The position numbers and the translations under genes were made by a program. A stretch of DNA of 64,000 nucleotides, from contig BQFW01000002.1 in the NCBI GenBank assembly GCA_020891255.1, forward strand, positions 620,001 through 684,000. The letters run 5' to 3'. Position 1 is the first letter of the stretch. Each line of letters begins with the position of its first letter. The notes beneath the pieces were generated by a model. It worked only from the letters and a program-made list of their open reading frames with translations, did not search any database and was not told the DNA's origin. Positions 24,552 to 38,087 of the stretch are shown one piece after another. The DNA comes from Entomortierella parvispora E1425 (lineage: Eukaryota > Fungi > Mortierellomycota).

Positions 24552-27167
24552 ATGTCTACGACCCATTCAGTTCGCGAGTTTCTAGACTGTGTGGAGATCT
24601 TCGAGCGCCATCGTCTTCCTCGGACAACCAAAATAGCGGCCACCACATTGATGACCACTCCTCTGAAACGTAGCTCATCTACATTATCCAGTCTCGCTAT
24701 TCGTACACCAGTAACACCACCTCGGAAAAAGAGCACGTCCTTGCCAAAGAGCCCCGGGGCCAAGATTAGGATCGTGTCCAGAACGCCACCAAACCCTGAC
24801 GTCGGGCGATGGTTTGTCCAGAGCGTCGAAATTCCTGTGAAAAGAGCAAAAGCATCACCAAAAGAGAAAACTGGTTTAGGTGGAGGTCTAGGAGGACACC
24901 ACGCTGTCCCCAACCTCAAATCTCGCGTCAAAGACTTATTTGGAAGCGACGAGAGTTCCGATGCAGGAGAGGAAATGGTCATGAAGGTTGCAAAGGCAGC
25001 TCCCTTAAGTCAGGCTGAAAAAGACGCTGAGAGGGAGAGGAAACAAGAAGCTCTTTTATTGGACATATTTGGTGGTGACGACGACGATCTTCTCTGGAAA
25101 CCCAAGGAACGACGACCGACTGAACCAGAAGATGCAAACGATACCGTCGTGTTTTCAAAATCCATCTTTGCATCAAAGAACCGAGATCACGATAGAATTC
25201 AAGAGGACACGAGGGAGATGAGATACCTGAAGCCAACCTCGCCCCATCATTTTCAACTGCCTTTAAAGAAGCCGCAACCGCGTCTGCAGCCCGCTGTACA
25301 GCCTCAGCAAAGTCCGTCGAAAAGAGTAACAAAACCTCCAAAGAAGACTGCCGCTATACCTTCCTCGTCATCAGAATCTGAAGATAGTGAGGGTCATCTC
25401 GGCAACCAAACCGTTGTTAACATCACTTCTTCAGCTCCTCGAGCTTTCCAGCAAAAAGAAAGAAAAAGGTCTATGGGATTTGATCAGAACCGAGCAGCAA
25501 CGTCGCAACCAGTCATTCCAACGCAGGCTAAACCGAAATCTACCAAAGTATCAAGCATCATGTCAGTTGCGAGCAACAAGTCTCGCGTAAGGACTCGCAT
25601 CCATTCAAGTGAGGACGACCTCCAGTCCGAGGTGAAGAGTTTGGCGAAAGGTGAGTTAATTAGTGAAATGTGCATCACGATTTTTATCTTTTTCTTTCTT
25701 TTTTTTTTTTTTTTTTTGCAAGGAATTCGACTTTAAGGATTCTTGTCTTTCACCGTTTTAGTAACACGTCTCACAAAACGACGTGCCATGCCCCAGAAGA
25801 ACAGGTTTACCAGGAATCTCGAGAAACTGAAACGCGCGCGTCAGTGAGCAAGCATATCGTACTTCGAACAGTTTGGGTATAGAGAGTGTGAACTCAAACT
25901 TTCTCTTTTATTGTTTTGTTTATAGGTCTTGGGCTTAGTCCTCTCCCATCTTCATCTGACAGTAGCGGCGGCGGCGGAAGCGACGATGATAGCGATGACG
26001 GCGACGGTTTCAATCTTGCTCAAAGGCAACGTATTCCAAACAAAAGGGACAAAGATTTCATTGTGGACGACATGGGCGAGGCAGAACATAACCTAAGCGA
26101 CATCCCAGGTAAGACGATACCTCACTCGTAATTTTTTTCATACATAGGGAGATCCATGCTCGATGTTTCTTAATACTCATAAGCTTTGTGTTGGTTGACT
26201 TCTGATGACAGATGAATTTCGCCTGAGCTCGCACCAGGACCTGGATACCGATTTCAAGATTTACATCCAATACCTTCTTAATTTATCCTTTGATTCTGAT
26301 TTCGAGCGGAAGCATGAAGATGGTATGTGGCGCCTGCTCTGTTACCAGTAACCTCTCAAAATACATGTTCAGGAACATGAACCCATGTCTAACCTGCTGC
26401 TGGTCGATAGACAAATATTTCAAGCACTCAGTCACACATGTTGTCAAAACACTTGGATCCTACCAAACGAGTATGACAGTTAGTCAAAAATGGAGTAAGC
26501 AGTTCCGGAGGCAACTGGATATTCGGCCTTATTACAAGAAGGAGTATATCCCGAGCATGGGGTTGCCATGCGACGCTTGTCAGGTAACCTTTTTATCCGT
26601 GGATGTTAAAAAAGGCGAGATGAATTACTAACCTATCATTTTCATGTACAGATCGTAACTCGACCTGCAACTCAACGTGTTGTAATCTACGGAGAGAAAT
26701 ATGTTTTACCAACGTCGTTGAGGGATGCGTCCTACCTTGAGGACTATGATCATAGCGACAGTGGTCACTCGTCTGAATCGGACTCGGACTCGGATGTAAA
26801 TGATTCTAATAAGAAGTCTGTTGAAACCACGTTCAATGTTGGCAAAACATGTTGCCAGCGAAGGTAAAATAACTCCAAGAGCATTTGTGGGAGCACTCTC
26901 GCATAGGTTCGATTCAGTGTTAACGCTGAGGATGTTCTCTCTCATTATGATAGCTATATCTACCACAAACTTCGACATTGGACGTATCATTGCGCACGCA
27001 AGATTGAAAAGGATATACCCGAAGTCCAAAGACAAGAGGCGACAAGGAAAAAGGTAGTCGATACCAATCTTCTGCTCGAGAAACTGGAGGAAAAAGGGGT
27101 AGTCAAGAAGGTACATATTGTCTTTCATCCTTTCGCGTCGGAAATGGGATGCATGTTTGTTGACTTT

Positions 27168-27198
<31 letters not shown>

Positions 27199-27281
27199 GG
27201 TGCCGGCGTCGTAAACAGCTCTTGAGCGAGTTCAAGCAAGCTTTGAACGAGGCTCGAGATTTGGAACACGGAAAGGACTAG
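24552..27281 (+). CDS. DUF4211/CCDC82-like protein with a long disordered N-terminus
   Basis: Low-complexity basic/acidic N-terminus, DFIVDD, and spliced C-terminal RRQLDIRPYY..CDAC..FNVGKTCCQR|SYIYHKLRHW. Stop TAG at 27279-27281. Confidence 0.65.
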
Positions 27282-27696
27282 AGTTTGCCTCATAGTTCAC
27301 TCATGAAAAAGTCGTACATTACTCGCCTTGACGGCATGGAACGACTGTGCGGACAAAATTACCTCTCTCCTTAAACCTCCCCCCCATTCACAGACATATA
27401 CGGGGAACATATTTTTTTGTATCCTTCTTGCATTTCATTGTTTGTTTCGAGTTGGTTGAGAACAGAAAGGATTGAAAGAAAAAAAAACAATCGTCTATAA
27501 AATGGATCAAAGGTTGAAGGTACAGAGCAGCGTTCGGGGATGGGCAAACACCTCTCGCCATTCTTCCTCTTCCGATATCTCTGATCCAGTCCTATTTTTC
27601 CTATCCGATCTCAATCTCGGCTCCTGCATCCCGACACAGGATCCGACGCTGACCACAGAACAAAGATTTCTTTTCTTTTTTTTCCCTTTTCTTTCT

Positions 27697-29591
27697 CTAG
27701 TCCTGGATGCGCGTGAAGCTTCGTCCACCCCTTGGCTTTTCGTTCAGCTTTGGGTTATTTTTCGTCAACAAGTCCTTGCCCATCTTTGCAAAGTCAAAAT
27801 CGCAGTCGTGCTTCGAGGACGCCTTGTGTGTGTCACAGAATACGAATTCTATCGTCAAAGAAATTAAATAATGAGGTCAGTGCAATTTCAGCAGCAAAAG
27901 TGGATATGGAGCGTTATTAGGTCATCTCCAAGCCGTTGTTGAGATGTCCAGTCGATTCTCTTACCACACCGGCACTTGTTAATGGCCTGCTTTGCCAGAG
28001 GGATCTATTTCAAGCCAAAAAAAAAAAAAAAACGAGTGAGGTTAGAGTCGGGTAGTTTTTGAGTTTTGCCTGCAGGTTGCAGGTGGGGTCTGTCTGCACA
28101 TGTGAGGTACTCCTCCTTCTCCTCTCTGCTGCATCATCACTGTTTCTCTGCACAAGAGCGCACAAGAGCGCACGAATCAGAGAAAAGGGACAAAAAGGGT
28201 CGAAAAAACAATGCAGCCCTTTTGTCGTCCCCCAAAGCAAAGAAAACGGCCGAAATAAACATTGGGCGAGAGTGAAAAGAGAACACCCAAAATTGCTCAC
28301 AGTTTCGGTCCCACTTCACTCCTATTTCCTCCTTTCCCCCCCCCCCCCAATGCTTTCAATCGACTGTTATGTCCAAGCCAGCCATGCGGATGTTTGTTGT
28401 TACCTTGGCTCGGCAAAGATAGCAGCGACCCTTGTTCACTTGTGGTGGACGCTCGCCAGGCGCACCCAGACTTTCTGGTGCTTCAGATGAGGTGGAGGAG
28501 GTAGGTGTGCTAACGCCACTGTCCGGCGTTGGTGTAGAGGCGTTGTTGGCAATTGGCGTTGAAGGTGACGAGAGTGCAGGAGAGGCGACAGAGGAGACGA
28601 CTGCTGGTGGTGCTGCTGTTGTTGTTGCTGAGGGTGCGGCCAGGTGGGGAGCAGGGGCCGTCATGGGCGTAGAGTTGGGTGAGAGTGCAGGTCCTTCGGA
28701 CGACTGAGTTGTTGTTGGCTTTTCAGAGAGTCGGGCGGTCGAAGACACAGCCGTACTGTTGTCAGCCGTCTGGAGACCGCCATTCTTTTGACTCAGTTCT
28801 TTGAAGCATTTGGAACAGAGATTGTTGTTGATGGGATTACTGTTCATAAACAAAAGACAGAGACAGTAGTAGACTGGTTAGCTGACATGATATTTTTGAG
28901 GACCAGCTGTTAGCCCTGGTCGCTGTCGCGGACAAAAAGAAACCTGGCATATCAGCACCAGTCAGAAGGGGGGAAGAGAGGGGACACGCAAGCGTTATGT
29001 TTTTCTCCTCCACTTGTTAGCATGGATGGGACGGGATGACCCCATGCTCTGAGGGTGTCGCCACCTGAATGACACAATAAAGGAGACGCATGCACCATGG
29101 ATTCAGACAAAGACTGCATGTCTGCATCTCGGAAGGGACATGTGCGACGACGCGAAGAAGGAGTGCAGCAGCAGAGCAGACAGGTAAATATAGACGTCTG
29201 TTGGTCTGGTCGATGCAGTCATCAGGCCACGTCTCCATGCGGGTCTCATGGTGCTGTTACGGTTGTTCTGGCCACGGGATGCTTGGTCTTGTCAGGAGAC
29301 AAACAGGAGGGAGGGAGAAGGGAGAGAGCATGTGTGATAGCAAACAAAGTCGTAGCAAAAAAGGAAGAGAAGAGAGAGAGAGACAGAAACAAGGAAACCA
29401 CAGACACAAGGGGGAGAAGGAGGAAGGAGAAAGGTCACGAACGCATGGTGCAAAGAACGCAGGAGGGATCCATGAGGGCATGCCATGCAGCAGAGTTGGA
29501 GAGAGCAGGAAGCAAAGAGGAGTCCATACCCGTAGTAGCCGCATCCATTGGCGCAATTGATGGGCATATTCTGAGCATTGTTGTCTTCCAT
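27697..29591 (-). CDS. A20/AN1 zinc-finger protein (ZFAND5/6-like)
   Basis: CANGCGYYG|..NNLCSKC (A20) and RCYLCRAK|..CRC|..FCDTH....HDCDFDF (AN1), spliced. Confidence 0.9.
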
Positions 29592-30018
29592 GGCGAAGGC
29601 GTGTATGTGTGCGCGAGAAGTTGCTGTTTGGGGTTACTATTGCTGCGGTGAGGGAGTAGTATGGAGCAATGGAGGGGATTACGAGCGGATGATTAGACGG
29701 AAGGAAAGACGGAAGGGAGGAAGGCGAGGATTAAAGGTTGGACAGAATGAAGAAATGTGAAGGTGAGAGAAAAAGAAAAAAAGAGAACGAAAGAGTGAAA
29801 AAATTCATTTTTATAGACCCTTGTTGGCTGCACCGCTTTGAGTGGACGGGGTCGGACTCAGTTCTGCACCGATCTCCTCGCTCGACTCGTCGACTCGGTT
29901 TGTCCAGTCCTTCCACCAGCATCCTCCTGCACGGGGTCTCCTGCATCGCGCCAGAGACCACGCCGATCAACCTGCCCCTTCTGTGCTCCAGGCCTGGCCA
30001 CACATGGTGGAAGGGCTC

Positions 30019-32181
30019 TCAATCCACGTTACCGGCGCCTAGTCCCCAGAATTGGACGCGATCCCCAACCGCAACCCAGATCCCCTGCTGATCAGGCGAG
30101 AACTTGAGGCTGCTTACCGCCGGCCCTTTGACTTCCAAATCCTTAAGGCGTTCTCCTGTCTTGATGGACCACAGCGACACTTTGTGTTCCAGATTATCAG
30201 CTGCCAACAGCGTGTCCTCCACGTTGATGTCCAACCGCACCTTCGAAAACTGGTCTTGAACCTTACCTCGAAAGTCGAGCACAGACTTTGTGTACCGGTC
30301 GCCACTTCTGCTTCGGTTGCCTGCTCCAGAGCCGCCAGCGCCGCCCACGAACCGTTTGTCCCACATCGAAATCTCGCCATTCGTGGCGCCAGTGATTAAG
30401 TAGTGCTCACCAACGCGCCTCAGCGATTGAATCGAAGACTCTCGATGTCCAATTCCCTCAAGAATCGACTTTGCTCGCTTCTCCCTCATAAAGGGCAAGT
30501 GCTCCTTTGGATCTGGTCCCGATGCGTAACTCCCCGGTTGACTCAAATCAAAGATTCTCACCGATCCGTTCCTGCATCCAGCGTATATTACGTTCTGATC
30601 TGTTTGAGGCTCGATTGCCAGAGAAAAAACATCGCTCCCAGTCCACAAGACTTGTGAACCTCTGCCTGTGCTCAAATTGCTGGGAGTTGGGCTACTGAAA
30701 GATGTTGTTTCCCAGTCGCGGATCACTACCACCTTCTGGTCAGCTCCGAGTGCGACTGTGTCCTTGTTCACCTCGCTTGTCCAGATATTTGACTTCATCA
30801 GTGGAAAGAGAGCGAGAGTACTGGTTCTTGGTTCCCGAGACCAAGGAGCTCCCATGGGTCCATGTTGGATATGAAGTGTTCCTGATCGCCCCATGTCGCC
30901 CAGGTATGTTGTTCTAAAATTATACAGTCAGCAAGCAGTTACATGATTGTCAGTTCAGTGAGTTCGCAATGGGCGAGCCCTTGCCATTGAATATGTCCTC
31001 CTTTTTTGTATTCCACTTACATTAGGTAGTTGTCTGGAGTCAAATGCAGTGATGACAGTTCGGACGAGGCACCATTCAAATTCATCCATTGGTATTTAGT
31101 CTCTAGCGTATTCTCCGATACGTGATATCGCCATAATTCCCGTTGCCGTGACCCCATGTAGAGATCATTGTGCACCGCGTCGATCTATTGGTCCCACCCA
31201 AAAGACAAAGGTCGCCATTAGTATTTTCCATTCCTGATCAAGCTAGCGCAAAGCTTACACAACTCACCTCCAAAAATGTATAAGTCCCTCCATTCTCAGC
31301 CAAGGTAGGCTCGACTCGCCTATTCCTCTTCCAACGCCTTACTAACATGGCATGAATGTCACTACAACAAAAAAAAGATAGTATGTTAACTCGCAGTGTC
31401 TGTAGGAGTATGCAAGAGTATAAATGCTGTACATTTCCGTGCACCTTACCACAGCTGCCTGCGAGGAGAGCCAACTATTCCAAACTGACGATCCTGTAGA
31501 TACCAGCCCAAGCGCCTGTAATGAGTCATGGCCATCGGGAACCGAGAGCCGGTTTTACGTTGAATCGGATCCAGCTTGGGCTATCATTGAAAGTATAACA
31601 CCCGGTCAGTAGGTGATAAATGAAAGAAATCACAACTCCAACTCGATCTTGAACAAGACCTTTGGCGTCGTCTTTTCTCGGATGCTCTGTTGACTGAACG
31701 GATGTTGGCTACCAAGGGTATGGTTGGCGGTGATCTTGAAATACTTTTTCTTCTCGGGATCATAGAAGAACCCGGGTATCTCTCTAACAAGAGGAGTCGC
31801 ATCCGCCGCTGCGAGGGTAGCTTGCGTTGTTGAAGTCGAAGTGGATGCAGAAGTGGACGATGATGAACGATCATGTATCCGGCCCGCACGATGGGTATTA
31901 TAGAAGCCGCGGCTTTGGTGGCCTCTGCCTTGCTGGCTAGATTGACCAGAGCGTGAAGATCCGCGCTGGCTCTCATTATAGCGCGCTCGTTTGTGAATGT
32001 CCGCGTCTTGAGCATGACCATGTCCATTGGCACTTCCATTGGAATTGAAGCGATTGTTGACAGCATTGCGATTGACATGTCCTGGTTCCTGCCGTGACCC
32101 TGCGGCTGAGTTGTGTGCTCTACCCCTGCGGTGGGCCCAGTCCTTCTTCTTCTTGCCCTTGCTGGTATGCGTGCCTTCCAT
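30019..32181 (-). CDS. WD40 protein, DCAF4/WDR21-like
   Basis: EIPGFFYDPEKKKYFKI motif near the N-terminus, and WD repeats (YAGCRNGSVRIFD, LITGATNGEISMWD, KVSLWS). Confidence 0.75.
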
Positions 32182-32387
32182 GAGCGTGCTGTCAATGAAC
32201 AATGAAAGAGTCGTGCATGCAAGTGCATGTCTCGCTTGATCACCCTTCAAAAAAAGTCCAAAAAAAAAAAAAAAAAAACGCCACCGAAAATGAAATTTCC
32301 CCATTCCTCGTCCCTCGTATTTATCCCCCTTCCCCTCTTTTCATCTTTCATCACATTCACTCTTCATTCACACTCCACACGTCATCC

Positions 32388-34047
32388 ATGTTGGGAAAGA
32401 ACATCCTCTTTGGCGCATTCGCCATTCTCGCCTCCCTCGCCGCCACTGTCGCTGCTGACAATGTCCTCGCCCTCACCCCCGATGACTTTGACAAGGCAGG
32501 TCACCACTCATCGTGTCTCCCCTGGACACAAGAAAACCCCCACCGTAACTCATCCTAACGGTATCTTTATGAATCTCTTCATCTCAATAGACCATTGGCT
32601 CGACCCCTGCCCTCGTTGAGTTCTATGCTCCCTGGTGCGGACATTGCAAGGTTAGCATGGATTGGCATCTCGAGGGACAGACATTGCTTCGCATCTTTTT
32701 GTTTCATCTCATCGATGACTAATGCTCTCTTTCCTCCGTTCTCTTGCCACGTATTCTCCCCCTATTAGAGCCTTGCTCCTGTAAGAAAGATCTGGCCTTG
32801 AACTAACCTCCATATCCTTACATATATGGTCAATCCTCTCCCTGTGAGAAGAGCACCTTCTGCCGAGGCCAATGGACGTCACCAACTGATCGTTCTATTC
32901 GTTATATAAAAATAGGTCTATGAAGAGCTCGGACAGGCTTTTGCCGGCAAGAACGACAAGGTCTTGATTGCGAAGGTTGATGCCGATGCTCACCGCAAGC
33001 TCGGTTCTCGTTTCCACGTCACGGGTTTCCCCACCATCAAGTGGTTCCCTAACGGTGTCAATGGCAATTCTGAAGATTACCAAGGTGGACGTGATCTTGA
33101 TTCCTTGGCCGACTTTGTCTCCAAGCAGTCCGGTGTCAAGTCATCAATTGTCAAGGTTAATCCCTCGGTCACTGTCTTGACCGATGCTACATTTGATTCT
33201 AAGGTCTTGAACAGCGGCAAGAGCGCCTTGGTTGAGTTTTATGCCCCTTGGTGCGGACACTGCAAGAACTTGGGTAAATGACGTGAAAGAAACGAATCTA
33301 CGATTTGCAGCTTTCAGCCGAACAATTGGTCCTAACGAACAATTGATATCTTTTCTCCCTTCTAGCCCCTACCTACGAGAAGGTTGCCCAGGACTTCCTC
33401 AACGAGGAGAATGTACGGCGACTCTGGAACGAGGACTAAATGAAAGCTCAATAGGAAGATTACAAGGAAAAAGTGCTAACAGGAACCCCTTCTTCATGAT
33501 CATTGTCAAATAATAGGTTTTGATCGCCAACTTGGATGCCACCGTTGAGAAGAAGGTTGCCCAGAAGTACGGAGTGACTGGATACCCCACTATCAAGTTC
33601 TTTGCCCCCGACGGTACCGTTGAGGATTACCTGGGTGGACGTACCCAGCAGGAATTTATTGACTTCATGAACAAGAAGGCTGGTACCCAGCGTGTTGCTG
33701 GAGGTCTTTTGTCTGCTGAGGTTGGTCGTATTCCCGAGTTGGATACCTTGGCCCAGAAGTTTGTTGCCACCCAGAACCAGAGCGAGAAGAAGACCTTGTC
33801 GACCCAGGGCATTGAGTTGGCTGCGACCTTGAGCACTGACAATGCCAGCGCCAAGTACTATGGACGTTTCTTTGAGAAGGCCTTGGCCACTCCTACCTTC
33901 CCTACCACGGAAGCTGCTCGTTTGGCCAAGATTATCCAGGGCAAGTCTGTGAACCGTGCTCGTTTGGATGACTTCTCGATCCGCCACAACATCATCTCGG
34001 TTTTTGCTGAGGCCACCACCGCCCCCTCTGGAAAGGATGAGCTGTAA
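32388..34047 (+). CDS. tigA: Protein disulfide isomerase, ERp38/TigA (P5-like) type
   Basis: Signal peptide, two EFYAPWCGHCK thioredoxin motifs, ERp29-like helical C-terminal domain, C-terminal KDEL. Includes a 12-nt micro-exon at 32769-32780. Confidence 0.93.
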
Positions 34048-34361
34048 AAAGACGAATGGTAGAAGTCGTATAGCAAATAAAAAATCGATCGTTACGTCGA
34101 TATTTAACCTTGGTCCACTTGGGGGAAACATGACATTATTGAACGGACCAATTGATCCGTTTACAACAATAGATAAAGTCCAAGGGTCATCATTGGCGTT
34201 TTTATGTTCAAGGTTTGTTGGTTTACTCAATAAAAATACAATGTAGGGGTGGGGAATGAAGACGCATGTCCTGCAAGACCAAAGGGAGATATCTTGGAGA
34301 GGGGTCTGGTTGGGATATAAGTTGTCAGAACAGAGCTACTGACAGAGAGGAGACCTCTTTC

Positions 34362-35135
34362 TTAACAGCATTGAGCCCAGTCTTGGATGGTGATGAATGG
34401 CTGTTCACCCTTGGAATCTTGTGCAGGCGAGAAGGCCAACAAGGTTGGAGTGGAAGGGTAAAGACCACCGGCCGAGGCTGAAGAAGGAGAGACTGGAGAA
34501 CGACGCTGGCTGGCGTTGGAGCACATGGTGGGCATGACGGAGGACTGGGTTGAGGTCGTAGTATCGATGCGAAGCTTTGATGAGAACTTGCCAACCAGCA
34601 AAGGGGCTGTCGCCGCTGCTACTGGGGAAGTAGGAGTAGCAATCTGGATAGCAGGAGAAGGGACCGAGGGCAGTTCCAGGATGACCATTTCTTCATCTTC
34701 GTCCATCTCTGTGTGTCCCAAGGGGGGCGATCCAGGGGGGGAGTGCAACCCAGTCTTGGCGGGGTCATTCTCGGCGGTGGCCTTGGTCTCGGGCAGGTGC
34801 AAGTAGTACCGATCCGAGTCCATGGACAACTCTGTGTGAGAACCAAAGTAGACCCTCAGGGGCGTTCTTGTCTTTGTGACCGAGTCCACAAAGAGGGTGT
34901 TGTGCAACGAGGCCTTGGCTCTTTGGGCATCAAATGTGGACTCGTAGACGACAAAGATACGGCGAAAGGTGCGGATCGGCGAGAAGAAGCAAATAGGACC
35001 GTAGGAGGCCGCCTTGGCTCGGAGCTCGTTCATGAAGTCGGCATTGTCGAAATGAGAAGGCTCAAAGTTGGTCAGGGTCAAGGTGTTGGAGGGGATGGCA
35101 GCAGAGGCCAAAGGAGCAGAGGTGTCAATAGACAT
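34362..35135 (-). CDS. RCN1: Calcipressin/RCAN calcineurin regulator (intronless)
   Basis: RRM-like N-terminus (SPIRTFRRIFVVY...LRVYFG), YLHLP, SPPGSPP motif, C-terminal PFITIQDW (PxIxIT-like). Confidence 0.85.
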   Translation of the reverse strand: MSIDTSAPLASAAIPSNTLTLTNFEPSHFDNADFMNELRAKAASYGPICFFSPIRTFRRIFVVYESTFDAQRAKASLHNTLFVDSVTKTRTPLRVYFGSHTELSMDSDRYYLHLPETKATAENDPAKTGLHSPPGSPPLGHTEMDEDEEMVILELPSVPSPAIQIATPTSPVAAATAPLLVGKFSSKLRIDTTTSTQSSVMPTMCSNASQRRSPVSPSSASAGGLYPSTPTLLAFSPAQDSKGEQPFITIQDWAQCC

Positions 35136-37478
35136 GGCGTGTATGAAGAGGTGCTGTATGGTATAGACTGAGTGCTGATAACGACCAAGGGTCAATTGAA
35201 AGAGCAAGAGTTGAGACAGTGTGGGGCGAATTGCAGTATCAGTGAGTAAAAGTCAGAGAAGGAAGGATGTGGGTGAGGGGAGAAAGGAGGTTAGGGCTGG
35301 TCCCTTTTATACTGGTCCGAAGTGATTACAGAAATAAGAATGGGAGTGAGGGATTAGCCGATCGAGGGTATCACGATACGTCTTTTTTTTTTTTTTTTTT
35401 TTTTTTGCTGTAGCCCATGCTAGAACCATGATGCAGAAGAGAAGGTATGATGCGGGTTGCAGTAAAGAGGAAGTGCAGTCGTAGCCCCTTTGGGAATAGC
35501 ACACGGGAATGGAAGTCAAGGAAGGGTCTGCGTGGAAGGACAGAAACAATCCTCATGTGGACGAAAAGAGAAGCCTTCTCCGTTTCTTTATTTGGACGCA
35601 CGCACAGGGATGGAACCAGACCCAGCACCCACGCCCCGCTTAACAAACAGAGTTAGCTGGGGTAAACGGCAGTAATGGCCCAGGGGGAAGATGCAAAAAT
35701 GTGCCCTTCATTGGTGCCAACGGGCTGCTCCTCAGGAATACAGGGACAGAGTGCTATGCTTGGCCAGCCCGGCACTGATGCGGCCGTGCTGTGCATACCA
35801 GACATGTGTCGGTTCATTTCAAGTCCCTGCCCACGCAGCCCAGGTCTCTGTGGGGCTGGCTCTGAGGGTATCACTCACTCTGCTGGACTTACCCCAAAAT
35901 CAGTATGACAGTCAGCTTCTAGCGGGTGGGGTGCATGAGTATGAGTGCTAGGTCTATTCCTGGTTCTCGCCTGTTGGATCAGCTTATTGGACCATTGGAA
36001 TCCAATCTCTTGGCAACCAAGAGTCGATGACAGCAGCAGAGGGCATTTTGTTCTATTTTTTTATTTTATTTTTACGACCCTGTAGTCTGTGGTGACACGG
36101 GGGTTCCATCGATTGCGTCCATTGCATTGTCTGCATTCGCATCGCATGTTGGGACCACAGTCTGACACCGCTGCCCTTCGACTCCGTCCTCTTGCCCTTC
36201 TTAGAGAAGGTTGGGAACGTCGTTTCTATCCATCATGTTCAGTTGTTCAATGGCAGACCACGTCTGCGGCGCAGACAGAGGCCGTGAGCTCGGAGAACAA
36301 GTTTGATCCTTCTTTTGTTCCACTTTGGACACCTTTGTGCGCCTGCAAGGAAAGATAGATTTTGGCTGTCTCCTGCCCTAGGAGATCGAGATAGCAGACA
36401 ATTGTCTGACACAGAGCTAGAAAGGCGACGGGGGCTCTATACAACTCTCTGATCCACTGGCGTTTCTTCTCAGCTTTCTTTGTCTTCCACGGGCACCATC
36501 TGTCTGTCCTGCAGCAGCTTCTTGGGCGTCTTTTTTATTTTTGGGTTCAACGATTTCCCCGACAGTGGAAAGAATGTGAAGAATACAACAAACAAAAGCT
36601 GGCGAATGTCCGTCCGGTGGAAAAAGAACTCTTCTCGGCTTTCTTTTCCTTTTCTCGTTTGTGGGGGAGAGAGCAAAGGAATGCAGGGACAGCCTTCTTT
36701 TTTGACGTTCTTCAATTGAGCTTACTTCGGCTCAACTCTCCCCCCACCCCCCCATTTCCTTTTGACATATCCCATTTCCTCGTCAAACCCTCTCCACGGC
36801 CATTCTCTCTTTTTGCATGAGCCTCTGTCTGTCCTGAACAGCGCTCATGTCCATCTTTGTCATGCATCCCCTCCTCCTTTCCCCCCTGCCTTTTAGTCCG
36901 GGTAAAAATATAATAAAATCCACTCCCCCTAGCAGCAAAAAAAAAAAAAAAAGATAAAGATGCTCACTCTCACGCAAGATTGAAAAAGAATTCTCTTGCG
37001 AAAAAGAACGGAAGCATGCCGAGTGGAGGATAGGTTCAAGAGGAAGACGGGAAGCACCAACCCAAATCCCTTTTCCACTCACCAAGGCACCCGGACCCCT
37101 CCGCCTCTTCTGGTCCCTTGGCCCCTGCTTGCTCTCCCCCCCATGCTTCCTTCCCTGCTCTCTCGGCTCTTGCTCGGCCTCAATTGCCGAATGGAACGCG
37201 GCCTTCTTTTTTTTACACTCTCACTCATTTGCCTTCTTTTTTACTTCCTGGGAAAATTGGAGGGTCCAATCACGCTATGGTCGTACAAGATATGCTTTCT
37301 CTTTTCATTCTCGCAGTAAGATTCAAGGGCAAACACTCTTTTTTTTGAAGATATTAGACGTGTTCTGTATATGAAAGTGCGCGAGGTATATTATGCAGGA
37401 AAGAGGGGGACATTAATATGAAGTTGAAGGATGAGGGAGGTTCGTTAACTGTCATCAGATGATAGCTCCTGAAGATCC

Positions 37479-38087
37479 TTAAAGGAGCATGGATCCAGCA
37501 GCCATGGTGAACAAGGCCGCAGTGGAGGCAAGGGCGGCCTTGACAGATCCTGAACCTGTACTGGTGCTCTTATCCTCCTTTCCAGCAGTTCCAGTGGTAG
37601 TCTCAGCAGGGGCGGTGGTGGTGGCAGTAGCAGTGGCGGGGTCGACAGCAGCTGTGGTGGTGACGGGAGCGACCACGACGGGATCCTCACCCTTGATAGT
37701 GAACTGGGCAGAGTACGACTGCAAGGGAACGGTGTTGACGTGCAACGAGTAAGTTGATCCGGTGGTCAAGCCCTTGGGGAGAGTGATCTTGGCAGACTTG
37801 TTCTCGAGGCAGTTCAAAGTACCGAGCGAACGGATGCCGGGAACGCGCATCTGATCAGTGCTGCCCGGAATGTGATCCTTGGACATGTAAAGGACAATGT
37901 CGAGCGCCTCCTTATTACCGGGCTTGCAGTAGTTGGACCAAGAAACGGTCTGAGTCTCACCAGCGGTCCAGACCGAGGCAGAGACGGGCTCGGAGTAGAA
38001 AAGGCGACCCTCATCAGGGGTGAAGTGTGCAGTAACAGAGGCGATAGCCATGGAGGCGACGGCGGCGATGAGAATGCAGAACTTCAT
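37479..38087 (-). CDS. Secreted, probably GPI-anchored Ser/Thr-rich cell-wall protein (Kre9/Knh1-like N-terminal domain)
   Basis: Signal peptide MKFCILIAAVASMAIASVTA, WTAGETQTVSW, YSAQFTI, Thr/Ala stalk, hydrophobic C-terminus. Confidence 0.8.
   Translation of the reverse strand: MKFCILIAAVASMAIASVTAHFTPDEGRLFYSEPVSASVWTAGETQTVSWSNYCKPGNKEALDIVLYMSKDHIPGSTDQMRVPGIRSLGTLNCLENKSAKITLPKGLTTGSTYSLHVNTVPLQSYSAQFTIKGEDPVVVAPVTTTAAVDPATATATTTAPAETTTGTAGKEDKSTSTGSGSVKAALASTAALFTMAAGSMLL

Noticed and set aside
26900-26925. GGTTCGATTC T-loop-like string (similar strings near 46002 and, on the minus strand, near 56795)
   Set aside because: No T-stem or cloverleaf, and it lies in an intron. It is not a tRNA.
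35136-37478. 2.3-kb interval with several 60-100 aa ORFs
   Set aside because: No coherent spliced model, codon bias or known motif. Treated as promoter/UTR sequence, although a lncRNA cannot be excluded.
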